A DNA stretch of 63,899 bases, the filler included. It is 8 parts of 8 records of this genome, joined end to end, with 100 filler letters (N's around TTAATTAATTAA, not from the genome) between each part and the next. Parts side by side here need not be neighbours in the genome. Positions count along the whole stretch, not along the records: positions 28,924 to 39,218 come from SRR31156797_33738; positions 39,319 to 45,146 come from SRR31156797_33753; 6 more parts are not named here. One strand, given 5' to 3'. Shown in pieces: positions 29,007 through 41,269 of the stretch (position 1 is the stretch's first letter; each line of letters starts with the position of its first letter). The translations under genes were made by a program, and so were the position numbers. The notes under the pieces are model-generated. The model was not told the DNA's origin. It worked only from the letters and a program-made list of their open reading frames with translations, and ran no database searches.

Positions 29007-29358
29007 CCTTTTATTAAATTTTATAAACGTTATATTTTACATGCCATCAATGTTTAAAAAATGCAACATATTTTCAATCAATTTTTCTGCGGGTTAAAAT
29101 CACGTTAAACCATTCGCCCTGCAAAACGAATTTGAGTGACTGCCCCCCAAGGGCTGATTTCAAATTTTTTTTACCCAATGCGCTGGTTATACCGGATTTG
29201 GGGAGCTATGCTCGAAAAACGATAAAACAGACTGAAAAAATACATTTCTTTAAATTATGTAGAATTGCTGAAAACGCATTAAATTACTTGCCTTTAGGTG
29301 TTTGTTTGTCTAAACTAATTTTTCAATTTTTCACACTCAAAAATAACACAAGAATCAA

Positions 29359-31212
29359 ATGAATCAAAATCACGATAAATTAATTGAGCAAATCAATAGC
29401 CTCAAAGATCAGTTAAAAAAGAAAACTTTTGACCTTGAAGAAAGAAAAAAAGAACTTCATTGCTTATATACAATTTCAAAAATAGCCGAAATAAAAAATC
29501 TTGACATTGATTTTCTAATGCAGCAGGTGGTAGACCTCATCCCTTTCGGTCTTCAGTATCCCGAGATATCCGCCGCGACAGCAGTCGTCTTGAATAAAAC
29601 ATATAAAAATCAGCCCCATGATCTTAGCCAATGGAACTTTTCTGCGCCAATAAAATCTTCGGGGAAAAAGATAGGATCGTTGACCGTATGCCTGACCCGG
29701 CAACCTCACCAAAACCTTCAAAAGCCGTTCCTCAAGGAAGAACAGGACCTGATCAATGGTGTTTGCGAACGGGTCGGGAAGATCATAAAACGCATACAGA
29801 TCACTGAACAACTCAAAGAGGTGGAAACCAGATACGACCTGCTTACTGAACGTTCGTCCCAAGGCGTCTGTATCCTCCAAAACAACCAATACCGGTTTAT
29901 CAATGAAGCGTTTATTGAAATGACGGGGGTGGACAGCCCCAAAGAGATAATCGGCAAGCCGTTCCATGATCTGGTGTTAAAAGAATTTCACGATCAATAT
30001 GAGAGGCATCTGGAAATGGTGCTGAACGCCGGGCCCGGACCTTACACCATTGAGTATGAACTGTATTCAAAACAGGGAAATCGGATATGGGTGGAAGAAA
30101 ATCAGACCGAAATTCCCTGGAACACCTCGCCGGCACTGTTTTGCATCCTGCGGGATATAACCCGGGAAAAAGAAAAAGAGCTGCTGGTTAATCAGGAAAA
30201 AAAACGGTTGCAGCAGGAAAATATCCGGCTTCGATCCAGCATAAAAGACCGGTACCGGTTTCAGAATATTATCGGAATGAGCCAGCCAATGCAGCACGTA
30301 TATGATCAAATACTGACAGCTGCCAACTCCGATGCCAATGTTTCCATCTACGGCGAATCCGGCACAGGAAAAGAACTGGTTGCCAGAGCCATTCATGATT
30401 TAAGCCCCCGGGAAGCCGATACCTTTGTCACCATCAACTGCGGCGCCATTCCTGAACCGTTGATGGAAAGCGAATTTTTCGGTTATAAAAAAGGCGCATT
30501 TACCGGTGCTGTCTTTGACAAACACGGATATCTGGACCTGGCAGACACCGGTACTTTGTTTCTGGATGAAATCGGAGATCTGCCGGTAAGCATGCAGGTC
30601 AAATTGCTGCGGGCTATTGACGGCGGCGGGTACTATCCCATCGGCAGCCACTCAAAGCATACATCGGATTTCCGGATTGTCGCCGCCACCAACAAAAATT
30701 TGAAACAATTAGTCGGTCAGGGATTGATGCGGGAAGATTTTTATTACCGTATCCAGGTCATCCCTATCTTCCTGCCGCCTTTGAAAGATCGAAAAGAAGA
30801 CATTCCGCTCTTGGTTGATCACTTTACCGGCATATACGCCAAAAACAGTCCTTTAAAAAAAATTCCCAACCATACTGCTGCACAGATTTTAAATCACGAC
30901 TGGCCCGGAAATATCCGTGAACTGCAAAACGCCCTGTTACGTTTTTTTTCCACCGGCGAATTTGAAATTTTAAATATGACGGTCCCCCCCATCCAGTCTG
31001 ATGATTTCAAGCGATCCGTTCCGCTTGGAGACAAGAGCAATGACCTTTCCCATGCCATTGAAACAATTGAAAAAGAACAGATTATCAATGCACTGCAATC
31101 GACGAACTGGCATCGTTCCTGTGCGGCGGCAAAACTTGGTATATCCCGAAGCACCCTGTTTCGCCGGATGAAAAAACATGGTTTAGAATTGAAACAAAAC
31201 GTTCGATATTGA
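29359..31212 (+). CDS. PAS-domain sigma54-dependent transcriptional activator (Fis HTH)
   Basis: [46 protein letters not shown]. Confidence 0.95.
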   Translation: MNQNHDKLIEQINSLKDQLKKKTFDLEERKKELHCLYTISKIAEIKNLDIDFLMQQVVDLIPFGLQYPEISAATAVVLNKTYKNQPHDLSQWNFSAPIKSSGKKIGSLTVCLTRQPHQNLQKPFLKEEQDLINGVCERVGKIIKRIQITEQLKEVETRYDLLTERSSQGVCILQNNQYRFINEAFIEMTGVDSPKEIIGKPFHDLVLKEFHDQYERHLEMVLNAGPGPYTIEYELYSKQGNRIWVEENQTEIPWNTSPALFCILRDITREKEKELLVNQEKKRLQQENIRLRSSIKDRYRFQNIIGMSQPMQHVYDQILTAANSDANVSIYGESGTGKELVARAIHDLSPREADTFVTINCGAIPEPLMESEFFGYKKGAFTGAVFDKHGYLDLADTGTLFLDEIGDLPVSMQVKLLRAIDGGGYYPIGSHSKHTSDFRIVAATNKNLKQLVGQGLMREDFYYRIQVIPIFLPPLKDRKEDIPLLVDHFTGIYAKNSPLKKIPNHTAAQILNHDWPGNIRELQNALLRFFSTGEFEILNMTVPPIQSDDFKRSVPLGDKSNDLSHAIETIEKEQIINALQSTNWHRSCAAAKLGISRSTLFRRMKKHGLELKQNVRY

Positions 31213-31268
31213 CACAACCCTCACAAAACCACATAAATTCAGGCTGTTCCATAAAAAAACCCAGTTAT

Positions 31269-31286
31269 CGTTTCAAAATTGACACG
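31269..31286. promoter_or_regulatory. putative upstream activator sequence
   Basis: Imperfect palindrome CGTTTCAaaatTGACACG about 100 bp upstream of the -24/-12 site. Related TTGA(A/C)AC half-sites near 31189 and 31209. Confidence 0.45.
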
Positions 31287-31365
31287 GTTGCCTGAATCAA
31301 GCAGGCAACCGGATAACAATAAAAAAACCACATATTATTAAATCATTACAACAAAAAAAGAAGAC

Positions 31366-31382
31366 TTGGCATTGCTATTGCT
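31366..31382 (+). promoter_or_regulatory. sigma54 (-24/-12) promoter
   Basis: TTGGCATTGCTATTGCT, with GG (31368-31369) and GC (31380-31381) exactly 12 nt apart. Confidence 0.8.
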
Positions 31383-31416
31383 ATCAACATCTTCCCATTA
31401 CGAATATGGAGGCTAT

Positions 31417-31776
31417 ATGAAAATTCTTATTGTTGACGATGACCCCCAGGTTGCCGCCTATATTCAAAAAAGACTGGAACGATGGGGATATGACTATGAG
31501 GCAGCAGGCAATGGAAAAGAGGCATTGCAGCACATTTTAGAAACCGTCTTTGATGTCATTTTACTGGATATCATGCTGCCGGACTACCTGGGATATGATC
31601 TCATCCCTGAATTCAGGCACATTGATCCAAGTATCGATATTATCACCATGACCGGAGAAAATTCCCGGGAATTAGAGCAACGTGTCAGAAAAAAGGGGAT
31701 TTTATATTACATGGTTAAGCCGATTGAAACCCAAAACCTTAAACTCTTATTGGCGCATCTGTGCAAAAACCGATAG
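31417..31776 (+). CDS. single-domain response regulator
   Basis: GGAGG RBS; ILIVDDD, LLDIMLP, MTG, VKP. Confidence 0.9.
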   Translation: MKILIVDDDPQVAAYIQKRLERWGYDYEAAGNGKEALQHILETVFDVILLDIMLPDYLGYDLIPEFRHIDPSIDIITMTGENSRELEQRVRKKGILYYMVKPIETQNLKLLLAHLCKNR

Positions 31777-31859
31777 TCGGCAAGAACCCGTTCCGAATTA
31801 TTTTTACGAGATTAGATTTCAACGTTAGAAATACGATTTTTCAAAAAGGAGACGAGGCA

Positions 31860-32372
31860 ATGCCCCAGGACAGAAGCCCCATGGACCAAGTCATCAAGGA
31901 CACCACTACAAAAATCGGGAAATACCTGACCTTTTCCCTGGAAAAAGAAGAATACGGGATCGGGATTCTCAAGGTAAAGGAAATCATCGGAATGTTGCCC
32001 ATTACATCCGTTCCCCGGACCCCGCATTTCGTTAAAGGGGTGATTAACCTGAGAGGGAAAGTGATTCCCATTGTGGACTTGAGAGCCAAATTCGGCATGG
32101 CCGGCATTCCATATACGGAACGAACCTGCATTATTGTCGTGGAGATTGATGCCGGCGATGCCGTGATTCTCATCGGTATCGTGGTGGATGCAGTATCAGA
32201 AGTTTTAAATCTCCATGGTGATGAAATTGAAGAGACCCCGGACTTTGGCACCCATCTGGACACCAAATATATCATGGGTATGGCCAAAATGGAGGGGACG
32301 GTTAAAATTTTGCTGAATATTGACCAGGTTCTTTCCGGCGCAGAAATCCAAGCTTTTCAAAATGTCGCGTAA
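31860..32372 (+). CDS. cheW: chemotaxis coupling protein CheW
   Basis: [39 protein letters not shown]. Confidence 0.95.
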   Translation: MPQDRSPMDQVIKDTTTKIGKYLTFSLEKEEYGIGILKVKEIIGMLPITSVPRTPHFVKGVINLRGKVIPIVDLRAKFGMAGIPYTERTCIIVVEIDAGDAVILIGIVVDAVSEVLNLHGDEIEETPDFGTHLDTKYIMGMAKMEGTVKILLNIDQVLSGAEIQAFQNVA

Positions 32373-32407
32373 CGGATTTAAAATCAAAAATAAAAGGGAA
32401 TGAAAAA

Positions 32408-34390
32408 ATGAAACATCTGAGCTTAAGCGTTAGAATTTTTGGGGGATTTGGACTGTTGATCCTTATTGCCATTGCACTTGGCGGGATGGCGGTCTGGGAA
32501 ATGAATACGGTTAAAACACAGAGTGTGATGCTGGCTGACGAATACGTACCCGAAGTAGACATGGCCATGGAGCTAAGGGGAGCCGTGAATCGGTTGATAT
32601 TCGAAATGCGAGGGTATGGATTTACCGAGGACGACGCTTTCTATCAAAAAGCCCGGGAAGAGATGGCGGCTGTGGAAAAAATATTTGCATCGGGAAGGCG
32701 TCTGGATGAAAAAGCAGTGAATCTTAAAAAGCTCAAGGGCCAGTTGGCCACGGCGATCAAGGGTGTTCACGATTATGAGGCATTGATTGAACAAACCGTG
32801 GAAACAAGTGCAAAACTGACAAAGAACCGCAGAATGCTGGATAAATCCGCAACCAAATACATGGCCAACAGCAATGCCTTCCTGACCAGTCAAAGGGAGC
32901 AGTTCAAAACAGATCTGGCCAAAGGGCACCAGGAAGAATTAACCCGGGTTCTGCTGGATCGGCAGAATAAAATTACCCTGGTGAGTGATGTGATTGATCT
33001 GGGAAATGATTCGCGTATAGGTGCGTTTAAAGCCCAGGCCATGAGAAGCCCGGAAGTAATGAAAAAAGCCATGGAAAATTTTTCCAAAGTCAATGACAAA
33101 CTGGATGCCCTCAAAGCCGCGACACGTGCAGCAGAAAACCTGAAACAGATTGAAGCGATTCGGCAGGCGGGCACCACCTATAAAACAGCTATGTCTGATT
33201 TTCTAACCAACTGGACCCTGCTTCAGGAAATCGGCCGTGAGCGCGGGGAAGCGTCTGACGTGGCCATTGCCGCATGCAATGCCATGGCTGACGCCGGAAT
33301 GTCCGCGACCAACAGCATTGCCCACGGGGCGGTCGCGTCCCTTGGCAATGCATCCACTGTTATGACTATCGGTTTGGTCGCCGCCCTCATTGTCGGATGC
33401 ATAATCGCATTTTTCGTCACCCGGGGCATCACTGCACCCGTGAACCGAATCATTGCCGGGCTGAATGAAGGTGCCAATCAGGTGGCATCAGCATCCACGC
33501 AAGTGTCGTCATCCAGTCAGTCCATGGCAGAAGGCGCCTCTCAACAGGCGGCTTCCATTGAAGAGACCTCTTCCTCCATGGAAGAGATGTCATCCATGAC
33601 AAAAAAGAACTCCGAAAACGCTAACCAGGCGGACCACCTGATGAAAGAAGCAAACCAGGTGGTTAAAACGGCCAATGATTCCATGGACGAGTTGAATCTC
33701 TCCATGAGTGATATTTCAAAAGCCAGCGAGCAGACCTCTAAAATCATCAAGACCATTGATGAAATTGCATTCCAGACCAATCTTCTGGCATTGAATGCGG
33801 CTGTGGAAGCGGCCCGTGCCGGTGAAGCCGGCGCCGGGTTTGCCGTGGTCGCTGATGAGGTCAGAAATCTTGCCATGAGAGCAGCGCAAGCAGCCAAAAA
33901 TACGGCAGCATTAATTGAAGACACCGTAAGAAAAGTAAACCATGGATCCGAACTGGTCTCCACCACCCATGAGGCTTTTTCAAAAGTGGCCCAAAGCTCT
34001 GGTACGGTCGGGGAGATCGTGACCGAGATATCCGAAGCGTCCAATGAGCAGGCCAACGGCATTGAACAAGTCAATTTAGCGATTACGGAAATGGATAAAG
34101 TGGTACAGCAAAATGCTGCCAATGCAGAAGAATCTGCTTCAGCATCAGAAGAAATGAACGCCCAAGCCGAACAACTTAAGGAGTATGTGGGGGACCTGGT
34201 ACTCCTGGTCAAGGGCAGCGGCAGACAAAACGAATCTATACCCGGACGGACGCATATTAAAGCCATATTTTCTTCCCCCAAACCCCTCCCTGGAATGAAA
34301 AAACAAGCGCCGCCCCAAGCATCATCCAAAGCGATCAGACCGGACCAGGTGATTCCTCTGGATGACGATGATGATTTCTTTGATTTTTAA
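32408..34390 (+). CDS. methyl-accepting chemotaxis protein
   Basis: Two TM segments with a large periplasmic domain, [34 protein letters not shown], and C-terminal DFFDF (NWETF-like tether). Confidence 0.95.
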   Translation: MKHLSLSVRIFGGFGLLILIAIALGGMAVWEMNTVKTQSVMLADEYVPEVDMAMELRGAVNRLIFEMRGYGFTEDDAFYQKAREEMAAVEKIFASGRRLDEKAVNLKKLKGQLATAIKGVHDYEALIEQTVETSAKLTKNRRMLDKSATKYMANSNAFLTSQREQFKTDLAKGHQEELTRVLLDRQNKITLVSDVIDLGNDSRIGAFKAQAMRSPEVMKKAMENFSKVNDKLDALKAATRAAENLKQIEAIRQAGTTYKTAMSDFLTNWTLLQEIGRERGEASDVAIAACNAMADAGMSATNSIAHGAVASLGNASTVMTIGLVAALIVGCIIAFFVTRGITAPVNRIIAGLNEGANQVASASTQVSSSSQSMAEGASQQAASIEETSSSMEEMSSMTKKNSENANQADHLMKEANQVVKTANDSMDELNLSMSDISKASEQTSKIIKTIDEIAFQTNLLALNAAVEAARAGEAGAGFAVVADEVRNLAMRAAQAAKNTAALIEDTVRKVNHGSELVSTTHEAFSKVAQSSGTVGEIVTEISEASNEQANGIEQVNLAITEMDKVVQQNAANAEESASASEEMNAQAEQLKEYVGDLVLLVKGSGRQNESIPGRTHIKAIFSSPKPLPGMKKQAPPQASSKAIRPDQVIPLDDDDDFFDF

Positions 34391-34404
34391 CCCATTCATA
34401 AACA

Positions 34405-34438
34405 GCGTCAGGATGGAAAACTTTCCATCCTGACGTTT
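34405..34438 (+). terminator. stem-loop / terminator after the MCP gene
   Basis: GCGTCAGGATGGAAA/TTTCCATCCTGACGT. Confidence 0.65.
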
Positions 34439-34537
34439 AAGAATGAGTCCCAAATAACGGCCATGGATAAAAAAACAACCAACTAAGGCGAACCCTGCTG
34501 AATAATGGATTAGCCCCCCGCTTTCGGAGAGTGTGTA

Positions 34538-37500
34538 ATGGGCAAAGGTACAAACGATTTTTGGAATCAGATCCCAGGGCTTAAGTTTCCTGGAATGCGT
34601 TCCTACCAGTTGACCGTGGCGGTTGTATTCGGATTGATCGGATTCGGCGTCAATTTTTTGGACATTGAATTTTTAAAAACCGCAGATTTTAAAATCAGCA
34701 TTCTGTTCGGGGTATTTTTTCCCCTGATCATTGCCTTGGCCTGGGGCTGGCGCTACGGACTGATTTGCGCCCTGGCCGGCGGATGCCAAGCCATATGGTG
34801 GCTATGGTACGAGGACGGTTGGGGAATACTTTACTCGGTGCCGGTCTTCACCTTATGGATCGTTTGGCACGGTTGGTGGGCCGACCGACGCTCCGGTAGC
34901 TCCCCTTGGTATATGTCCTCGTTTGCCGTGGAGATTCCATTCCGAATTATTATTGAACTTGGCTGGCTAATGGTATTTCCATGGCTGGTCTCTCTGAATC
35001 CCCCTCCCTGGGACCCCTTGCTGGTAGGGGACCACGTGAGTTTGGCCTGGATACGGACGGTGGTCATCAAACACACGGTGACGGCCTATATTTTTCTGAT
35101 GGCAGCCTATGTGACCCTCAGCCTGGGGCCTGTAAGGCGTTTTTTCGGCCTGCCGTCACGATCGGCCCAGGTCGATACCATGGTCATATATATCACTGCC
35201 CTGATGTTCGGACTGGTTTTGTGGATACTGGATGCCCTGATGAATTACTTTTTTTTCCCCAGTGAGGGACAAACCTTCTGGGGCCTTGCAGTGCATGGGG
35301 CGAGCCCCAAAGAGATGCTCTTTCGATCCTTTTACGTGACTGCCGCTCTGTTTGTGGGGATCGTGATGGATCGCTTCAACCGTGGCCGCGTGAAACTGCA
35401 AGAGCGCCTGGGCCACCAGAACCGTGTGCTGGCAGCCGTCCGTAACGTCAACCAGCTCATTGTCGAAGAAAAGGATCCGGACCGTCTTTTAAATCAAGCC
35501 TGCTGCCTGCTGGTGGAAACCCGCGGCTTTTATAACGCATGGATCGTTCTAACCAAGGACGGGCAGCCCAAGAAACCATTTTATCATGCGGGGTTTAAGG
35601 GCGAATTCACACCCATGGCAGAACGTCTGCTCGCCGGGGATGTGCCGGCTTGTGCCAAAGCGGTTCACACATCCGGCACTATTCAGGTAAAAGAAAATCC
35701 GTCAGACCAATGCAAGGAATGTCCCCTGACCTTTTACTATGCCGACCGGGCCGGGCTGTCTGTGGGACTGAATCACGCTGACAAGAACTTTGGCTGGCTC
35801 AGCCTGTCCTGCCCCGTTGGATTTGCCCACTGCCCCGAAGAACACGATCTCATAAAAGAAGTGGCTGGCGACATTGCCTTTGCCCTATGGGCCATTGAAA
35901 ACGAAAATCAACGTAAAACCGTTGAACGCCAATACGCTGATGTATTGGCGGTTTCAGTTGATGCGGTGGTGGCCACTGATATGGATGAGAGGATCACCGT
36001 GTTCAACCCCAGCGCGGAAAAAATGTTTAACTGTGAGGCAAAAGAGGCCCTGGGTTCCCCTATCACACGTTTCTGCCCCGAAGACCGCCTGGCAGAACGG
36101 GAAAAAATGCTGCGCCGTTTGCATGAAACCGGGGAAGTCGCCGGTTATGAGTCAGAAAGGCTGACTGACGATGGCGAACGGATATGGGTGGAATTCTCAA
36201 AGAGCTTGAGCCGAAACGATCTGGGCCGACCCCAGGGAACCAATTCTATTTTACGGGATATCAGCGAACGAAAAAAAATGGAACTTGAACTGATAAGGAA
36301 TCAAGCGCTTTTAAAAACCACTGAAGAGTTGAGTCAAATTGGAGGCTGGCAATGGGATGTGGACCGGCAGAAGATGTCCTGGACCGAAGGCTGTTACCGT
36401 ATTTATGAACTTGATAAAAAAATGTTTGACCCCAATATTTTGAATCCCTTTCAGCACAGTCTGGCCTATTTTGATTCAAATTATCACGACAAAATCACCA
36501 ATGCTTTCCTGAAGTGTTTGCGAGACGGTATACCCTATGATTTTGAATGTCCGCTGACTACAGTAAAAGGCCAAAAAAAATGGATTCGCACCATGGGCCG
36601 GGTCGTTCGCAGGAAGAGTCGGATTGTCCAAATAGTAGGCAATATCATGGACATAACTGATCGCCGACAGATGGAAGAAGAAGCAGTTCGATTGGAAAAG
36701 CGGATGCAGCAAGCCCAGAAAATGGAATCCATCGGTTCTCTGGCCGGGGGTATTGCCCATGATTTTAACAATCTGCTTTTTCCGATTATCGGTTTTTCAG
36801 AAATGCTGATGGAAGACAGTTCTGAAGAGAGTACCGAATATCAAGATGCCCGGGAGATATTAACGGCTGCCAGAAGGGCCAGCGAACTTGTCAAGCAGAT
36901 CCTTTCTTTCAGCCGTCAATCCGAAGACAAAAACATGCCGGTCCGGGTTCAAAGTATTCTAAAAGAGGCATTGAAGCTGTGCAGAGCAACCATCCCAACT
37001 GATATAACAATACATCAGGAAATCAATCCCCAATGCGGTTTTATAATGGCAAATCCAACACAGCTGCACCAGATCGCCATGAACCTCATTACCAATGCCT
37101 ATCATGCCATAGCACCGGACCATGGAGAAATATCATTAAGGCTTTGTGAAAAGCAGTTCTGTCAGGAGGATGCCTCGGCCTTTTCACTTGAACCCGGTCG
37201 ATACGTGATGCTGACCGTTTCTGATACAGGCAAAGGTATTGCCCCTGACATTATAGAAAAAATATTTGATCCGTACTTTACCACCAAAGAAAAAGGTAAA
37301 GGTACCGGATTAGGTCTCTCTGTTGTTCACGGAATTGTCAATGAGTATGGCGGTGAAATAAAAGTGTATAGTGAAGTTGGACAAGGAACGGTTTTTAATG
37401 TCTATCTTCCTTTGATGGAAAAGTTGGTCGAAACACCAACCGAAAAAAAAATAAAAATAAACCCGATCGGCAATGAACATATTCTTTTGGTTGATGACGA

Positions 37501-37849
37501 AGAACCGATTGTTCATATGATGAAAACCATGCTTGAACGGCTTGGCTATCGCGTAACTTTCCGTACTGGAAGTATAGAAGCCGTGGAAGCGTTCAAAGCA
37601 AACACCGATGCATTTGATCTGGTTGTCACAGACATGACCATGCCCAACATGACCGGTGATCAATTGGCAAAAAACTTGTTAGCCATTAACCCGGATATCC
37701 CTATCATCATACTTACCGGCTTCAGTGAAAGGATCAACAAAGATAAAATAGAGAACCTGGGGATAAAAGGATTCCTTATGAAACCTGTTGTGATATCTGA
37801 CATGGCTCAGAAAATCCGAAGCGTATTAGATGAAAGTCAGGGTTCTTAG
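34538..37849 (+). CDS. membrane-bound hybrid histidine kinase (multi-TM sensor, GAF, 2 PAS, HisKA, HATPase, REC)
   Basis: [47 protein letters not shown]. Confidence 0.95.
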   Translation: MGKGTNDFWNQIPGLKFPGMRSYQLTVAVVFGLIGFGVNFLDIEFLKTADFKISILFGVFFPLIIALAWGWRYGLICALAGGCQAIWWLWYEDGWGILYSVPVFTLWIVWHGWWADRRSGSSPWYMSSFAVEIPFRIIIELGWLMVFPWLVSLNPPPWDPLLVGDHVSLAWIRTVVIKHTVTAYIFLMAAYVTLSLGPVRRFFGLPSRSAQVDTMVIYITALMFGLVLWILDALMNYFFFPSEGQTFWGLAVHGASPKEMLFRSFYVTAALFVGIVMDRFNRGRVKLQERLGHQNRVLAAVRNVNQLIVEEKDPDRLLNQACCLLVETRGFYNAWIVLTKDGQPKKPFYHAGFKGEFTPMAERLLAGDVPACAKAVHTSGTIQVKENPSDQCKECPLTFYYADRAGLSVGLNHADKNFGWLSLSCPVGFAHCPEEHDLIKEVAGDIAFALWAIENENQRKTVERQYADVLAVSVDAVVATDMDERITVFNPSAEKMFNCEAKEALGSPITRFCPEDRLAEREKMLRRLHETGEVAGYESERLTDDGERIWVEFSKSLSRNDLGRPQGTNSILRDISERKKMELELIRNQALLKTTEELSQIGGWQWDVDRQKMSWTEGCYRIYELDKKMFDPNILNPFQHSLAYFDSNYHDKITNAFLKCLRDGIPYDFECPLTTVKGQKKWIRTMGRVVRRKSRIVQIVGNIMDITDRRQMEEEAVRLEKRMQQAQKMESIGSLAGGIAHDFNNLLFPIIGFSEMLMEDSSEESTEYQDAREILTAARRASELVKQILSFSRQSEDKNMPVRVQSILKEALKLCRATIPTDITIHQEINPQCGFIMANPTQLHQIAMNLITNAYHAIAPDHGEISLRLCEKQFCQEDASAFSLEPGRYVMLTVSDTGKGIAPDIIEKIFDPYFTTKEKGKGTGLGLSVVHGIVNEYGGEIKVYSEVGQGTVFNVYLPLMEKLVETPTEKKIKINPIGNEHILLVDDEEPIVHMMKTMLERLGYRVTFRTGSIEAVEAFKANTDAFDLVVTDMTMPNMTGDQLAKNLLAINPDIPIIILTGFSERINKDKIENLGIKGFLMKPVVISDMAQKIRSVLDESQGS

Positions 37850-37934
37850 GGATTATCCTAAAAATAATGTACATGTCCTGTGCCAGGGGCATAGTCGGTG
37901 TTTGTAAATAAAATTATAAAATCTGGACAAAAAT

Positions 37935-39218
37935 ATGCCTTATGAAACCATAATATCAACTACGGAAAGTCTAATATCTGAACTTATTTTATCTAATCCC
38001 GATAAACCGGATGATGAAGCACAAAATGACGAATATGGGGAATTAGGAACAAAGCTGGATGAGCTGGCCATAGAGGTTGCCGCTTTTTGCCCAGGTGAAA
38101 TCCCTGATCTGGGACTGATTCTTAACACCCTCGATGACTTGATTAATATTTCTAAATGCATTGATCCTACAACTTTTTATGACATTTCAAAACGCTGCAA
38201 AAAATATGTAGAGAACATGATTTTTAAAAATCATGATGACACAAAACCGATCGAAGAGGTCATCGCCCTATTAAAATCCATACTAAGGCATTTAAAAAAA
38301 GGGGAAGCATTTACATTTGATTATTCAGATGTACTTGAGATGCTGGAAGAAAATCTGTCAAGAGATGTTCAAGAGCAAATAGAGCATGCCGAAAAAAAAG
38401 ACGACGATGATAGCACTCAAAGCGCACCTGAAAAATTCTCTAATGATGACATGGAAATCCTCACTGATTTTATTTCAGAGGCGCAAGAGAATCTGGATAC
38501 GATTGAAGTTTTTTTGATTGAACTGGAACATGATCCGGTGAATACAGATATCATCAATGACATATTCCGGCCGTTCCATACAATAAAAGGGGTTTCCGGA
38601 TTTTTGTCCCTGACGAAAATTAACAAGCTTGCCCACGCAACCGAAAATTTGTTAGACAGTGCCCGAAGTGGTGATTTTATCATCAGCCACACGGTCACAG
38701 ATACGATACTGGCCTCCGTAGACACCCTTAAGGCACTTTTGGACAGGGTAAAACAGGGCCTTCAGACAGGCTACAGGCAGTCGGAGGATGACATTGATGT
38801 AGATTCTTTAAGGGGGCGACTCAAGCAACTTCAGATATCACTTACCAAAGGAGAAAAAGAACCTTTGGGGGAAATCCTTGTCCGTAGAAAAGAGCTAAAT
38901 CAATCCGACCTTGATCAGGCGCTTGAAATTCAAAATAAAAATTCAGAGAAAAAACTCGGGGAAATTCTGGTTGAAGAAAAAAAGGTGGAACCTGAACAGG
39001 TTGCCTCAGCCTTGATGGATCAATCTCCTGTTAAAAAGAAAATAGATGTGCAAGTAAAGGTCAGCACCCAAAAACTGGATGATCTCGTGAATTACGCCGG
39101 GGAGCTTGTTATTGCGCAATCCATGCTCCGACAGCAGACTAAAGAGGATGTCCTTGTTAATAAGACTGTTTCCCAATTGGGACAAATCGTAAACAATATG
39201 CAGAATATTGCCATGTCC
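37935..39218 (+). CDS. cheA: chemotaxis kinase CheA, 3'-truncated
   Basis: Hpt FRPFHTIKG..GFL, dimerization domain KLDDLVNYAGELVIAQS, and an extra N-terminal helical domain. Confidence 0.92.
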
Positions 39219-39318
39219 NNNNNNNNNNNNNNNNNNNNNNNNNNNNNNNNNNNNNNNNNNNNTTAATTAATTAANNNNNNNNNNNNNNNNNNNNNNNNNN
39301 NNNNNNNNNNNNNNNNNN
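39219..39318. other. artificial contig linker
   Basis: N44-TTAATTAATTAA-N44. Confidence 0.99.
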
Positions 39319-39340
39319 CTGCCAATTGAGCTAGTGACCC
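39319..39340 (-). tRNA. 5' fragment of a tRNA (Lys-like acceptor/D arm; anticodon not in window)
   Basis: Minus strand reads GGGTCACTAGCTCAATTGGCAG up to the contig edge. TTGACA upstream at 39406-39401. Confidence 0.7.
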
Positions 39341-39437
39341 ACTCGGTGCTGAACGGTGTTGCGCTCAACGGAGAGAATAACTATAAGTCAGGCTTGAATT
39401 TGTCAACAACATTTTTTCACTTTTTACCATTTTTACA

Positions 39438-41243
39438 ATGAAGATAACTAAGCAAATTTTCACGCTGTTTTACGCCCTGCTGCTCTCTCTGTCCTGGACA
39501 GTTGCCCATGCACAGATTTCACCAGGGAACATCCCCATGGTCACTCCGGTGAAAGCCTATAGGCTTGCCCCGGACTCACTACTCCTGACACTCTCTTTGG
39601 ACATGGAACCGGATTGGTACACCTATGCCGATGTTCCCGGCGGCATGGGCAAACCTACACGTCTTTCAGGCACTACGGCTTCCGGTGCTGCGATCAAACC
39701 ACTATACCCTGATCCGATTGTCAAACCAGATGCTTTTGATCCGAGTTCGATGGTCAACACATATAAAAGTGGTACCAAACTTTTTGCGATAGTACCGATT
39801 GATAAACCGATCTTCCCGATAAATCTGCAATTAGACCTTCTTTTATGCCACCCAACCAAATGTGTACCGGCTCGTTTGGACCTTACCTTTGGTGACACCA
39901 GCCTTGATATTGCAACTTTACCACTTGCAGACAAACAGCCATGGTGGAATACATTTAACCTACTAACCCCAAAAACTACGGCACAACCTGCCGAGGCTTT
40001 AGTCGATTCCAATCAGCCCACGATCGTTGAGTGGCAGTTTACCCCCACATATCTCCAACCGGGGCTGGAAGTAGCCAGCCTGCTGTCTGCTGTCCTCATG
40101 GGGTTGTTAGCTGGTCTAATACTGAATATTATGCCCTGCGTCCTGCCCGTGGTAAGCCTCAAGCTCTCTGCCCTTCTTGGCGCAAACACATCTACAGATG
40201 GCAAAGACCCCATCGCCGCATTTCGCGAACACAACCTCTTTTTCGTCTTAGGCGTCCTCAGCTTCTTCCTCTTTCTCGCCATTGTACTTGGAGCAACAGG
40301 TCAAGCGTGGGGAGCGTTGTTTCAATATAGGTGGCTTGTCCTTGTCATAGCCGCCATCATGGGAGCACTTGGCCTCAGTCTGTTCGGATTGTTTCATCTG
40401 CCAGTCATTGATTTAAAATTCGGTGCAGGGCATGCCAACCCTCGAAAACAGGCCTTTTTCACAGGGATGTTAACCACACTCCTCGCCACTCCCTGTAGTG
40501 GCCCGTTTCTGGGCGGCGTACTTGGTTGGGCGCTTATTCAAGGACCACTGGTCATTACCATTGTTTTTATTTCCATCGGTATTGGCATGTCCAGTCCTTA
40601 CCTTTTGTTGATCCTCAATCCGAAGTTCGCCCGATTTCTCCCCAAGTCAGGTCCATGGATTGAGTACGTGGAAAAAGGCATAGCCTTCTTCCTTCTGGGC
40701 ACAGCTTTCTACTTGGTAGCCATCGCCATTGGCAGTGACAGCTTGCGTATTCTAGCCCCACTCTGGGCCATTCTGCTTGGTAGCTGGCTATGGGTACGTA
40801 CCCAATCAGTCAAAGCGACAACACGCTGGGGCGTTCGGGTAGGCACTTTGATCCTATTGGCAAGTTCTGTAATATGGACAATGCCATCCTCAGTCGAATC
40901 CGATCCATGGATTCCTTTTGACCCTGTGGCTGTTCAGCAAAATATGGGCAAAGAAATTTTACTTTTAGATTTCACTGCCGATTGGTGTCCCACCTGCAAG
41001 GTACTGGAAGCAACAGTCATGACACATAAAAATGTCAGCCGTTGGAAAAAAGAATATTCTATCAAATTCATCAAGGTTGACATGACTAAACGTGATTCTG
41101 AAGCTGAAGCCTTACTCAAGGCTCTGGGAAGCAGGAGCATCCCCACTGCAGCCATTTTCACAAAAAACGATCCATCGTCACCTATAGTCCTTCGCGATCT
41201 CTTCACAGAAGACCAACTTGAAAACATCATGAAATCGCTATAG
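39438..41243 (+). CDS. dsbD: DsbD/ScsB-family protein-disulfide reductase
   Basis: Periplasmic CHPTKC, TM cysteines NIMPCVLP and ATPCSGP, thioredoxin ADWCPTCK. Confidence 0.9.
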   Translation: MKITKQIFTLFYALLLSLSWTVAHAQISPGNIPMVTPVKAYRLAPDSLLLTLSLDMEPDWYTYADVPGGMGKPTRLSGTTASGAAIKPLYPDPIVKPDAFDPSSMVNTYKSGTKLFAIVPIDKPIFPINLQLDLLLCHPTKCVPARLDLTFGDTSLDIATLPLADKQPWWNTFNLLTPKTTAQPAEALVDSNQPTIVEWQFTPTYLQPGLEVASLLSAVLMGLLAGLILNIMPCVLPVVSLKLSALLGANTSTDGKDPIAAFREHNLFFVLGVLSFFLFLAIVLGATGQAWGALFQYRWLVLVIAAIMGALGLSLFGLFHLPVIDLKFGAGHANPRKQAFFTGMLTTLLATPCSGPFLGGVLGWALIQGPLVITIVFISIGIGMSSPYLLLILNPKFARFLPKSGPWIEYVEKGIAFFLLGTAFYLVAIAIGSDSLRILAPLWAILLGSWLWVRTQSVKATTRWGVRVGTLILLASSVIWTMPSSVESDPWIPFDPVAVQQNMGKEILLLDFTADWCPTCKVLEATVMTHKNVSRWKKEYSIKFIKVDMTKRDSEAEALLKALGSRSIPTAAIFTKNDPSSPIVLRDLFTEDQLENIMKSL

Positions 41244-41269
41244 TAATCCAACAAAATAAGGAGCCTTCA

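Noticed and set aside
34441-34537. c-di-GMP riboswitch upstream of the hybrid kinase
   Set aside because: GGCGAACC resembles the start, but the GNRA/receptor stems and the GCAAA junction are missing.
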